Below are positions 19,749 to 30,600 of a stretch of 64,000 nucleotides of DNA, one piece after another. Source of the DNA: a bacterium. Its GTDB lineage: Bacteria; Electryoneota; JAOADG01. Where the stretch lies: contig OY820579.1 of NCBI GenBank assembly GCA_963681965.1, positions 2,256,835-2,320,834 on the forward strand. Direction: 5' to 3'. Positions within the stretch are counted from its first letter, which is position 1. Every line of letters begins with the position of its first letter. The position numbers were made by a program, and so were the translations under genes. The notes under the pieces were generated by a model. That model was not told the origin of the DNA. It saw nothing but the letters and a program-made list of their open reading frames with translations, and searched no databases.

Positions 19749-22700
19749 TTAATTCTGAATCGTGCCGTGTGCGCTCAATTGATTCAGAACTTCCGATGCG
19801 GGCGTGCCCTGCGGAATATTCCGAATAATTCGATCGAACGTATCGCCGTCGCCTAACCATGCCTTCACCTGATAGTGCATCGACGGGCTGTGACGAACTA
19901 CGCCGAGATGCTGCGCAACTGTAGCCGACGTGGTAAAGGTCAAGAAGTAGTAGGAAGCTTCGTTATACGGATTCGATGCATTGAATAGCACCAGATAACG
20001 GGCGACCGATACCGGGAAATTGTTCACCGATTGCGTCACCGGGCTCCAGCTCAACGATGCATCATCCACGGCGGTATTCACAATCAGGTTAGCCGGTGCT
20101 TGCGGCGTCGTCTTGCCACTGCCGGTTACTTCGACTGTGAAGGTGTCGATATCGACGCCATTCGCAATGAACTTAAACGTAGCAGTCTTCGTTCCGGCAC
20201 CTTGCGGTTGGAAATTAATCGAAGCGCTGACGCTGCCATTCGCTGGAATAGTCGGATCGGCTGGCATCGTTACCGTGAAATCGGCATTCGCGCCAGTGGC
20301 AGTAACCGGAGTCAATGAGACATTACCGGTATTTGCCAACATGATGTTTTGACTGGTGCGGTTCCCTGCTTCGGTTAGGTCAAACGAAACTGTCGAAGTC
20401 GCTACCCGGAAGTATGCACCGTTACCGGTACCCGTCAACGGAATGGCAATTGCCGTGTACGGCGAGCTGAACGTGATGTTCAGCGTATCGTAAACAGATG
20501 CAATCGAGTCGGGGGTAAAGGCGATCCGGAACCGCAATGAGTCCGTACCGGTCGCAGTTGAATCGCTGTTCGACAACGTCACCGTGAACCGCGGATTGTT
20601 GTGAGTAAAGGTCAATGCCTTAATCGATAATTGACTGCGGCTGGCAACTGCCACCGTTTGATTCGAGGAAGTCGTACCTACCGGAATGCCACTGTAAGTC
20701 AACGTCGCCGGATTGTAGGATACACTTGGATTCGCCCGGATCGTGAAACTGGTCGAAGAGATGCGATAGATCCACGGATAGTTGACCGCACGGATACGAA
20801 TGCGGGCATTCGTCGTGACCGGTCCCGTGATATTCCACAACACTATCTGCTGCGACGAGGGGAATGTTCCAATCGTTTCCCAGGCACCCGACGAGAAGTT
20901 GCGATTCATTTCAATTAACACGTTACCCGGAACATTCGAAACCGACCACTTGATCGTATCGCCGGACAACACGTTGAATACTTCGCCGCCAATCGGCTTC
21001 GACATATTGATGGCACGCGAAGAGATGCGGAAGTTCGTATCGGAGATATCGGTCGCAATCGGATAACTGACACTTCGGATGCGGACGCGCGCAGTCGTTG
21101 TCGTCGATCCTGCCGGTACGGGATAGGACAGTTGTCCCGCCGAAGCTGCTACTGTACCGATCGTATTGAATGTGCCGGTCGGATAGCTGGTGTTCAATTC
21201 GACCACCACATTCCCCGTCACGTTCGCTGACGTCCACCGTACTGTGGTCGTATCGTAGATGTACCAGTATTCGACGGCGTTGGGACTCGTCACGGTAATC
21301 GTGCGTGCCGCTAACGTCAAGTTGCCGCTGGTGGAATCCATCAGGGTCGGATAGGCAATACTGGAAATACGATACCGGAAATTGGTTACCGGTGTGCCAG
21401 TCAATGTCCAGATAAAACGCTGGTTGGATGCTGCAGTCGAACCGATAATTTGCCACAATCCGGCAGGATAGTTGTTGTTGTATTCCACCCGAACGTTACC
21501 GGTTAAACCGACCTGACTCCAGCGAACGGTATCGGCATCGCCAATATACCGGGTCGCCCCTGCAGCCGGTTCAAGATAAGTCAGCGAGCGATCCAAAACA
21601 GCCGTGTTCGCCGCGGTTTCCGCTGTCTGCGGATACGTTAATGATCGGACGCGGAAACGGGTATTGGTCGAAGCCGGTCCGGTGATTTGCCACGGGAATT
21701 GCAGATCGCTGTAAGTCGCAGTTCCGACATATTCCCAGGTTCCCGATGGATAGTTGCGATTAATTTCAATTGTCACTGCGCCTAGCAAACGCGTGCCAGT
21801 CCAAGCGATCGTCAGCGAATCGCCGGTGAACAGGGTATCGTTGCCCGCAGGGGTCGTCATGGCAACACTACCCAACAAGTCGAAGGTCAACAAGTCGCGG
21901 TTCGTGCCGTCGGTGCGCATGGCATAGAGCACGTAATCGTTGCGATACATCGAAACGATTTGACCGGATGATTGATAAAAACTGTCAACTGGAGTAATGC
22001 TGTTGAGATTGGAAATATCGTAGGTAATAATCCGATTTTGGTTCGTTCCTACATTCACGCCGAGGTACATGTAGTTACCGTCAATGCAATAAGAAGTCGG
22101 ATATCGTGCCAATCGGGCAATCAATACCGGAGCGATTGGAACCGAAACATCCCATACCAAAATACCTTGATATGTTCCCGAATTGACCTGCATATACAGG
22201 CGATTGCCTTCCAAATGCAACTGAATCGGGATCACATTCAATGTGTCGATTGAGGCTGCCAATGCCGGTTGTGCGGGATTGGTCTTGGTAAATACTTTAA
22301 AACCGTTGTCGTGCGAGCAAACCACGAGGTTGTTATTGGCATCGATACTATTCCAGTTGCCGGTACCGTCGTTGTAAGTCGCAGTCACGGTCGGCGAATT
22401 CAACGTCGTTACGTTGACAGTTCGCATTCCGTAATATCCACCGGCTACATACAGGTAGTTGCCAAATTTCACCATGTTCTGCGCATCGTTCGCACCAGTC
22501 TGCGAGCCCGATTGCGTCGGCGACGGATAGTTCGTACCAGCCATATTGTAGGTGCGGATACCGGCGGTATTCACTGCGGAATAGCCGTTATTACCGTCGT
22601 TGATGAATTGGAAGTACGACAAAGTAGTACTGGTGTAGTACCGGTTGAAACTAATATTGTCCGGTGGGGTCGCATTGTAAATACTAATGCGGTTCCCATT

Positions 22701-22892
22701 ACAGACATATAGATAGTTGGTTGCTGTACGATTCGAAATCGAGAAGAATTGACCGTACCCGTAATTGGGCGAGCTGCTACCGGATAGATTCTCGACACCG
22801 ATGTAATAAAGGTGTTGTGAGAATGAAAGTGATGACAGGAGCAGGATGAATAAAATGGACAGGAAGAATGCACGCGTACGCAATAGGGACAT
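19749..22892 (-). CDS. Large secreted repeat protein (N-terminal propeller-like region plus about six tandem ~95-aa Ig-like repeats)
   Basis: Signal peptide MSLLRTRAFFLSILFILLLSSLSFSQ; internal repeats with recurring W..TG..VRVEYN.NYP.G.W motif; no T9SS CTD seen. Confidence 0.65.
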   Translation of the reverse strand: MSLLRTRAFFLSILFILLLSSLSFSQHLYYIGVENLSGSSSPNYGYGQFFSISNRTATNYLYVCNGNRISIYNATPPDNISFNRYYTSTTLSYFQFINDGNNGYSAVNTAGIRTYNMAGTNYPSPTQSGSQTGANDAQNMVKFGNYLYVAGGYYGMRTVNVTTLNSPTVTATYNDGTGNWNSIDANNNLVVCSHDNGFKVFTKTNPAQPALAASIDTLNVIPIQLHLEGNRLYMQVNSGTYQGILVWDVSVPIAPVLIARLARYPTSYCIDGNYMYLGVNVGTNQNRIITYDISNLNSITPVDSFYQSSGQIVSMYRNDYVLYAMRTDGTNRDLLTFDLLGSVAMTTPAGNDTLFTGDSLTIAWTGTRLLGAVTIEINRNYPSGTWEYVGTATYSDLQFPWQITGPASTNTRFRVRSLTYPQTAETAANTAVLDRSLTYLEPAAGATRYIGDADTVRWSQVGLTGNVRVEYNNNYPAGLWQIIGSTAASNQRFIWTLTGTPVTNFRYRISSIAYPTLMDSTSGNLTLAARTITVTSPNAVEYWYIYDTTTVRWTSANVTGNVVVELNTSYPTGTFNTIGTVAASAGQLSYPVPAGSTTTTARVRIRSVSYPIATDISDTNFRISSRAINMSKPIGGEVFNVLSGDTIKWSVSNVPGNVLIEMNRNFSSGAWETIGTFPSSQQIVLWNITGPVTTNARIRIRAVNYPWIYRISSTSFTIRANPSVSYNPATLTYSGIPVGTTSSNQTVAVASRSQLSIKALTFTHNNPRFTVTLSNSDSTATGTDSLRFRIAFTPDSIASVYDTLNITFSSPYTAIAIPLTGTGNGAYFRVATSTVSFDLTEAGNRTSQNIMLANTGNVSLTPVTATGANADFTVTMPADPTIPANGSVSASINFQPQGAGTKTATFKFIANGVDIDTFTVEVTGSGKTTPQAPANLIVNTAVDDASLSWSPVTQSVNNFPVSVARYLVLFNASNPYNEASYYFLTFTTSATVAQHLGVVRHSPSMHYQVKAWLGDGDTFDRIIRNIPQGTPASEVLNQLSAHGTIQN

Positions 22893-23235
22893 CAGTGCCT
22901 CCAGAACGAGATTTAGCGAGATAACAGAATTACTATCTCTAGACACACTATTGAAGATCGAGGTTTAAGTAACGATCCATTTGCAGTAACTTTACCGCTT
23001 ACCGCAGCCAATTCGCACTCAATGACCTCTTCGAGCGAGTTCGAACCCGCTCGGGTATGGTTAACAAATCACAAACTTCAATATACCGTGGAACCTGTCA
23101 TGTGACAATCGAATTCGAAAAAAATCGAATTTTCTAACTGAATCGGCAGGAATGATTGATTTCAACCCAAAAAAATAACGCCCGAATTGTACGATAGGCA
23201 TGATACAATCCGAGCGTTAAATATCTGAATTTATT

Positions 23236-24168
23236 CTATTTCTGCAATAACTGTTTAAAATAGGCTATCGTATTGTCAACACCTTCATTTAATTTGATCG
23301 ACGGTTCCCAATTCAAATAGCGATGTGCTTTCGAAATATCCGGACAACGTTGCCGTGGATCGTCGGTCGGGAGTGGTTCGAAGACGATCTTCGAGGGGCT
23401 GTGAATTTTCGAAATGACCAATTTGGCGAAATCGAGGATCGTAAATTCTTCGGGATTTCCAATATTGATCGGACCGTTGGTTTCAGTCTGATCCATCAAC
23501 TTGATCAGACCCGTGATCAAGTCGTCGACATAGCAGAAACTGCGGGTTTGGTTACCCTGTCCGTAAATCGTGATGGGTGCGCCATTTAACGCTTGTACGA
23601 TGAAATTGCTGACGACGCGACCGTCATTCACTGCCATCCGTGGTCCGTAAGTGTTGAAAATACGGGCAATCCGGATATCGACGTTGTTCTGACGTTTGTA
23701 GTCCATCATCAAACATTCTGCTGCGCGCTTCCCTTCGTCGTAACAACTACGCGGACCGATCGGATTGACGTGTCCCCAATACTCTTCGGTCTGGGGGTGG
23801 ATCTCCGGGTCGCCGTATACTTCGGATGTCGATGCAAGCAGGATTCTGGCGCGTACCCGCTTTGCCAATCCGAGCATATTGATCGTGCCGATCACATTGG
23901 TCTTGATCGTCTTGACCGGATTGTAGTTGTAATGGATCGGCGATGCGGGGCAGGCGAGGTGATAGATCTGATCGACTTCGAGCAAGATCGGTTCGACGAC
24001 GTCGTGCCGGATCAATTCGAAATGGTCGTTGTGCAACAGGTGGCGGATATTCGCTTTCGAACCGGTGAAGAAGTTGTCGAGACAGACGACATCGTCGCCT
24101 CGGGCAAGCAACTGGTCGCAAAGATTCGATCCGAGAAATCCGGCACCGCCGGTGACTAAGATGCGCAT
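23236..24168 (-). CDS. UDP-glucuronate decarboxylase (NAD-dependent epimerase/dehydratase family)
   Basis: [16 protein letters not shown]ossmann motif, YDEGKR active-site motif; 310 aa. Confidence 0.9.
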   Translation of the reverse strand: MRILVTGGAGFLGSNLCDQLLARGDDVVCLDNFFTGSKANIRHLLHNDHFELIRHDVVEPILLEVDQIYHLACPASPIHYNYNPVKTIKTNVIGTINMLGLAKRVRARILLASTSEVYGDPEIHPQTEEYWGHVNPIGPRSCYDEGKRAAECLMMDYKRQNNVDIRIARIFNTYGPRMAVNDGRVVSNFIVQALNGAPITIYGQGNQTRSFCYVDDLITGLIKLMDQTETNGPINIGNPEEFTILDFAKLVISKIHSPSKIVFEPLPTDDPRQRCPDISKAHRYLNWEPSIKLNEGVDNTIAYFKQLLQK

Positions 24169-24745
24169 AGTTCGATCCTATTCTGATTGGACACGGATAA
24201 TATACTAAATTTCCAGCGAATGAAACCGGTTTCATTTTATAGCAATTGACGGGTATCCATGAATCTTTTATTCTCTTGTAGAGGAGTATCCCCGCAAGCC
24301 CCAGTTCTTCTTCACTTTTCGTTATCCTTTATCCTAGAGTAGGGGCGGGTCCCCGCGCCCGCCCGATCTTGTATCTTCTTTTCATCTTTCCCCTAACACC
24401 TACCACCCATTACCCAACACCCATTTTGTTGATTTGTCGTTGCGAGGAAAACCTTGCGGCAGCGAAGCGGCAAGGTTTAGCGAACACCTTTGAATCTTGT
24501 AAATGTCAGGTTCGCAACACAGCGAAGGAACGTGCGCAGCACTTCCGAAGCGAAGAGACGAAGCAATCTATCTTTTGTAGCCGCAGGCTTTAGACTGCGC
24601 TCTTGAATCTTTTTTATCATTTCCCAACACCCATCACCTTTTCCCTACTACCCATCCATTCCGTGGGTCGGAATTTATTCCGACTCCTCTTGTGGTAGGG
24701 ACGTTCTTACACGTCCGCCCGATGAGGCGATGCAGTCTCTTATTT
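24169..24745. repeat. REP-like hairpin cluster
   Basis: gtaggggcgggtccccgcgcccgcccg, ~70-nt cgttgcgagg element variant, gtagccgcaggctttagactgcg, gtcggaatttattccgac, gtagggacgttcttacacgtccgcccg. Confidence 0.75.
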
Positions 24746-25700
24746 TGTAGGTCAGAACTTGTTCTGACCACCTCTTGTGTCCAAAATTGATGCGGGCGGG
24801 CGCGGGGACCCGCCCTTACTGGAAAATTTGTACGATCGTATTGCTGTAGGTCAGAACTTGTTCTGACCACCTCTTGTGTCCAAAAATGATGCGGGCGGGC
24901 GCGGGGACCCGCCCCTATTGGAAAATTTGTACGATCTTATTGCTGTAGGTCAGAACTTGTTCTGACCACCTCTTGTGTCCAAAAATGATGCGGGCGGGCG
25001 CGGGCGCCCGCCCCTACTGGAAAATTTGTACGATCGTATTGCTGTAGGTCAGAACTTGTTCTGACCACCTCTTGTGTCCAAAATTGATGCGGGCGGGCGC
25101 GGGGACCCGTCCCTACTGGAAAATTTGTTCGATCTTATTGCTGTAGGTCAGAACTTGTTCTGACCACCTCTTGTGTCCAAAAATGATGCGGGCGGGCGCG
25201 GGGACCCGCCCCTACTGGAAAATTTGTACGATCATATTGCGGTAGGTCAGAACTTGTTCTGACCACCTCTTGTGTCCAAAAATGATGCGGGCGGGCGCGG
25301 GGACCCGCCCCTATTGGAAAATTTGTACGATCGTATTGCTGTAGGTCAGAACTTGTTCTGACCACCTCTTGTGTCCAAAAATGATGCGGGCGAGCGCGGG
25401 GACCCGCCCCTACTGGAAAATTTGTACGATCATATTGCGGTAGGTCAGAACTTGTTCTGACCACCTTTTGTGTCCAAAAATGATGCGGGCGGGCGCGGGG
25501 ACCCGCCCCTATTGGAAAATTTGTACGATCGTATTGCTGTAGGTCAGAACTTGTTCTGACCACCTCTTGTGTCCAAAAATGATGCGGGCGGGCGCGGGGA
25601 CCCGCCCCTATTGGAAAATTTGTACGATCGTATTGCTGTAGGTCAGAACTTGTTCTGACCACCTCTTGTGTCCAAAATTGATCGGGCGGGGCGGGGACAG
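24746..25700. repeat. Tandem array, ~10 copies of a 99-bp two-hairpin unit
   Basis: Unit gtaggtcagaacttgttctgacc...gatgcgggcgggcgcggggacccgcccctactggaaaatttgtacgatcgtattgct starts at 24746, 24846, 24945, 25044, 25143, 25242, 25341, 25440, 25539, 25638; only point differences between copies. Confidence 0.9.
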
Positions 25701-25828
25701 AGGATACAAGAAAGAAAAACACAGGCTGAAGCCTGCGGCTACGTTAGTCAAATACGCGGACATTAGTTCGCCGCTACGAAAAAACGGCACATCGGATGAT
25801 GTGCCGCTGAAAAATTCATCGGGAAGAA

Positions 25829-26356
25829 CTAGTTGCCGGACTTGTGTCCATCATGTTTTTCTTCTTTCAATTCCTTTTGCTCTTCCTTCATTTCCCGTTT
25901 CATTTCTTTCTTTTCGTCGCGCATTTCTTTGCGCTCACCCATACTGTCACGCATTTCTTTATGCATTTTGTCGAACTGCTCTTTCTGTTCCGGAGTCAGA
26001 ATCGCGCCGATCTCGCTATTCAATTTTTTCAACAGCTCGCGCTCATGCTGAATAAGCGCTTTCTGAGTGATCGTCGTATCCATCCGAAGCTGCATCGTTT
26101 TGGCGTGATGTGCTGCTACGATGTCGCGAATCGATGTTTGCTGTTTTTCGGTCAATTTCAATTGGTCGGTCAAGCGCTCGATAAATTTATCGCCTCGTTT
26201 GCCATCCATCATTGGATGACCGCGCATTTTTTCCGGTTTATCGGATTTTACCGCCTTCTCCGAAGCAGTCGGTTGATCGGTTTCGGCATACGCGCAAGTA
26301 CCCAATACAAAAACTGCAAGTAACATCAGTATGGTGATTGTTCTAGTTAATCTCAT
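25829..26356 (-). CDS. Periplasmic LTXXQ-motif protein (Spy/CpxP/ZraP-like)
   Basis: Signal peptide MRLTRTITILMLLAVFVLGTCAYA; LTEKQ and LTPEQ motifs; charged helical C-terminus. Confidence 0.6.
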   Translation of the reverse strand: MRLTRTITILMLLAVFVLGTCAYAETDQPTASEKAVKSDKPEKMRGHPMMDGKRGDKFIERLTDQLKLTEKQQTSIRDIVAAHHAKTMQLRMDTTITQKALIQHERELLKKLNSEIGAILTPEQKEQFDKMHKEMRDSMGERKEMRDEKKEMKREMKEEQKELKEEKHDGHKSGN

Positions 26357-26404
26357 TGTTCCTCCGAGATTGTGAAATCCTGTCCGCCAAGTAATACGAG
26401 AGTA

Positions 26405-27112
26405 TCAATCGGTCTGAGGGATTGCGTCGGTCTGACCAATCCGCCAGGAAAATGGGTTGTAATCGCGATGAGTATCGACCACATCGCACTGATCGATCCG
26501 TTTCAATGTATTACACGCGAGATAGGTCACTGGAGTTGCAAATACTTCCACACCTACTTTAAAGATGTAATTGGAGAGGATGATGGTCCACAATAGCTCG
26601 CTGCTGATCGTACCGGCGAACGCTATCATGCAGAATAGACCCGTGTCGAGTGCCTCGCCGACCACTGTCGATCCGATTGTCCGCATCCAGAGATGTTTTT
26701 TGGGTTGAAACCGTTTCATGATCGACATGATCGTGTCATTCGACCACGAGCCGAATAAATATGCCGCCACCGATGCCATTACAATGCGGGTGGTCGAGAG
26801 TAATATGCTCTCGTATGCGGCTTGATTGGTCCACTCCGATGCCGAGGGTAACATTCCGACGACGGCGAATAGCGACACTGCCATTAATTGCGCGGCGAGA
26901 CCGATCCAGATCGTGCGACGAGCAATACGGAAGCCGTATACTTCCGTCAGGATGTCGCCAAAGATATAGGAGATCGGAAACAGCAATGTGCCGCCATCGA
27001 ATGTGAAATGACCGAGATTCACCAATTTGGTCGATGCCACATTCGAAATTAGGAGTACTGCTACGAAAAATCCGGTGATTGCCGGTAGCGATTTGTAATT
27101 ACGGTATTCCAT
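26405..27112 (-). CDS. yhhQ: Queuosine-precursor transporter YhhQ family (DUF165)
   Basis: Multi-TM protein with FPISYIFGDILTEVYGF signature. Confidence 0.8.
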   Translation of the reverse strand: MEYRNYKSLPAITGFFVAVLLISNVASTKLVNLGHFTFDGGTLLFPISYIFGDILTEVYGFRIARRTIWIGLAAQLMAVSLFAVVGMLPSASEWTNQAAYESILLSTTRIVMASVAAYLFGSWSNDTIMSIMKRFQPKKHLWMRTIGSTVVGEALDTGLFCMIAFAGTISSELLWTIILSNYIFKVGVEVFATPVTYLACNTLKRIDQCDVVDTHRDYNPFSWRIGQTDAIPQTD

Positions 27113-27677
27113 TGTTCCATTCGATTGATGATTTAAGCGTCATAATATAACGCAAATTCACAGCAAAAGGTAGTCGATCCAGTTAAATATAAGTTTATGA
27201 TTATTAGTAAGAAATATCGAGTTAAGAATTGTCAGTTGGTTATCCATCGCGAAGCGGTGGACTAAAAGAGTCCGCGTATTATTTATCCCGAAAATCTACT
27301 TACACACTTTTTACGTAGCCGCAGGCTTCAGCCTGCGTATTTTTATTTCTTGAATCTTGTATCTTGACATACGTGCGGATCCCCTCGCCTGCCCGTCTAA
27401 TTCTGTTTGGTAGGGGCGTTCTTACGCGTCCGCCCGTGTCAGGTGCATTAGCCACGATAGGGGCTTTTGGCAACCCCGAAGCGCTCACCGAAGGTATTAC
27501 GTCATCATCTTTTTAATTCAATATTTCAATATTCGCATTCTGCCAATTCGACTGTTACGGGCGGACGCGTAAGAACGCCCCTACCAAAAAAAAAGAAGAT
27601 TCGGAGATACCCTCTAATAAAAAAACGGGCGGTTCGAAAACCACCCGTTAATTCTTCTAAGTATCTAGTACCACCCG
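27113..27677. repeat. REP-like hairpin cluster
   Basis: gcggtggactaaaagagtccgcg, cgtagccgcaggcttcagcctgcg, gtaggggcgttcttacgcgtccgcccg with its inverted partner gggcggacgcgtaagaacgcccctacc, cgggcggttcgaaaaccacccg. Confidence 0.75.
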
Positions 27678-30600
27678 TTACTTCATGAACACCACTTTAC
27701 GCGTGGTCTTGAAGTTGTCGGCGGTAATCATCACGTAATACACGCCGCTGGCGTTGCCGCTGGCATTCCAATGCAGAGTATAGGTTCCGGCATCGAGGTT
27801 CCCTTGCGATAATACTGCTACTTCGCGACCGGTTTGATCGAACACCTTCGCCGAAACAAAACCGCTCTTCGGAACACTCAGTTTCATCGTCATCGAGGGA
27901 TTGAACGGATTCGGATACGCTTCCGAAACCACGTAATCCTTCGGTAACATCTGGGTCGCCGGTTGATCGACACCAGTGAATCCATCGGGAGTTTGCGTAC
28001 TGAATCGGATGATGTGGTTGTTGTGCAACTCTTCCGCACCCGGAGATGCGACGTGTGCAAACAACAGATCCAAACCGTCGGTGTGTTCCCAATTCATGAT
28101 GCCCATCGTTGTGTAGTTGTTGGTCTGATCGACATCGGATGAAGTGTGATACTGGAAATCGATAATGTTGTCGCTCGATGGTCCACGACGATCGCCGTAA
28201 AGAATGATTTCGAATTTCTGTCGGATCGGATTCGTTTCAATACCGTACCGCGAATATGCTTCCGCCCATTCGATGATATATTTCCGATCGCCGGGGGTGT
28301 TGTCCATTCGATAGAACAATCGGACTCGACCGCTATCAGCCGGATTCGAACCCTTCAAGTCGTCCCAGTTCGCCGCAAGCAACGTGCGCGGTCCCTGAGA
28401 ATTCGGCAGCGTCCAGTTGTAGAAATCATACATCCAGGTGCTGTCGAAGCTGACCCAACCATTCGAACAAATCGACAAGAATTGATTGTAAGTCCGACCG
28501 TAGAATGTGAATGGGAACGGTATCGCTTGCACATACGTGGTATCGTCTTTCAGAATGAGCGAAGTCCCGTTACCGCCCAGTGCCGTATCCAATTCGATCC
28601 AGTTATAAGTCGGTGTCGGCCACGTTCCGGTCGACGGTACGTCGATCTCTTCGTAGGCGTAGTAGCCGTAATTGTCCGGTCCGGTCGGCATCGTGCTGGC
28701 ACGGGTTCCGCAAGTGATATTGAACCACGTGGTCAATGTATCCGAACCACCGATGATCCAATTCAACATCCGAATGGGAATGATGTGTCCGGGTAGAATG
28801 GATTGGGCGATTTCCGCATCGAATGCTACAAAACCGCTATCGCGAATCGCCATATAATACGCCGCCGGTGTCGTGATATTCATGCCATTCGAGAAGGTGA
28901 CAAACTGGTAGTTGCATGCCGGAATGGCAGCGTTACCCTCACTCTTGAGATGCACTTGAATTGTCGTCGAGCGGCTGACACCCGGTGTTAACGACCCACT
29001 CTCGACGACGATCCCGGAGATCCGCGGTAATGCCCAAGCGACTGGCATGGCGAAATCGACGGCACCCGAAGCGAACGTCAAGCGAAGCGATTCCGGTGTG
29101 CGATCTGCCAGGGATACGACTTTCACGCGATAAGTCAGGGATGTGGTAGCACCGGCATTCACCGTACCGGCATTGGAACTATTGTTGAGAATGACCAACC
29201 GGTTGCGCGTATTCGTTTGCGATAAAATCGCCTGCGAAGCGGCTGCGGTCGTTCCCACATTCTTGATTAAGATGTTGATATCGCCTTCGACACCCGGGCT
29301 GGGCAGTGTATTGGGAATATTGAAGAACACTGAATCGACCCGGAACTGACCAATCAAAGGATTATTAGTTTGAATGTAGTTGATAACTGGACGGTAGTTA
29401 CCGCCGCGAACCGCGATTCTAACGGTATCGTTTGCGACGATCCGCAATGGTAACGTGGCATATCCTTGAGCATCAGTAAGCGAGACTGCTGGATTAGCAC
29501 CAGCATTTCCGACGATCAGCGCTGCAACCATATTCGGCAAAGGATTACCTGTTCGCTGATCGACTGCGCGAATCGTCATCGAAGACGAAGCTGGATTCAA
29601 TGTCGTCGGGAATGTCACTTGCATCGTGTCAGGTGTTTTGTACCATAACGTCAATGACGGATCGCCAAGGATGTTGTAGAACCGGAAATATTGTTCGACT
29701 GCCGTCATCTCATTCGGGAAACCTTGATACACTTCCAATTTTCCGCGCAATGTTGCCGGACCCAGTTTATTGAGACCGTCATTCAGCCAGCCGTGCAGCA
29801 ATCCAGCCAGAATTGGGTTGTTATAGCGTGTGCTGGTATGCAAGTGGGCTGCACCGAAGAAAGCCGGACCGCATTTCGGTACACTTGGCGAACCGGTTTC
29901 AACCCATGCTTCGCCGAAGCATTGGTTGCCGTCGACTTGCGAATTTAATGCGGCATACCGACCATTCTGACAGACGATCGATAGCATTACTGCATCGTTT
30001 CTGGTGACATTAGCCAAGTCACCTCGCTGTAATCGAGGGTAGAGTGGACCTTGGCTATCGCCCCAGCCGCGATAAGTGATTAGCGAAACACCTTGATTGA
30101 TTAACGCAAGAATCGAATCAGTACCTGGTGCCGGTTGCATCGGATAAAGATAGGTACTGACATTGTAACCAAAGTCACGCAACATCTGTGCTGCCCAACG
30201 GGTATTTTCCGTGGGAGTGATCGGTGGGCTACCCGTGTCGGAATAGTTGCCGGCGAAGCAGAATGCTTTATTCATGTAATTCGTATTCGCTGGGTTTCCA
30301 GTTCCGGGGGAATTTTGATGTTGTTGTGTTTTGTTCACGATCGTAGCAAGTCCTGTAGTAGAACCATAGGAGATTCTACCCAGAAATGCTTCCGGCCAGA
30401 AGTCAGAACCATCCAGCAATACATAATTCAAGTCGGAAGGAACCGTTTCCGCTGCCGAAACGGTAAACGGAAACGTCGGGACATTGTCCAATCGGTCGGC
30501 ATCGCCGATAATCGCGACATATTCGACTGGAAGCGTATGTGCCAACGAATTGTAGACATCGGCTATCAACAATTTGATCTGGTCGCCATTGGCTCCGGAC

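Noticed and set aside
23020-23060. tRNA-like fragment around gagcgagttcgaacccgctc
   Set aside because: The GTTCGAAC core superficially resembles a T-loop, but the loop is 10 nt and no acceptor, D or anticodon arms can be built; it is just a local hairpin.
24746-25700. Possible CRISPR array
   Set aside because: The whole 99-bp unit repeats including the would-be spacers; there are no unique spacers and no cas genes nearby. The same holds for the arrays at 50440-51340 and 59088-59800.
25135-25722. 195-aa minus-strand ORF with 33-aa repeats (FWTQEVVRTSSDLQQYDRTNFPIGAGPRARPHH)
   Set aside because: It lies entirely within the 99-bp tandem hairpin array; the open frame follows from a stop-free unit whose length is a multiple of three. 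The same hairpin modules occur individually in non-coding contexts across the window.
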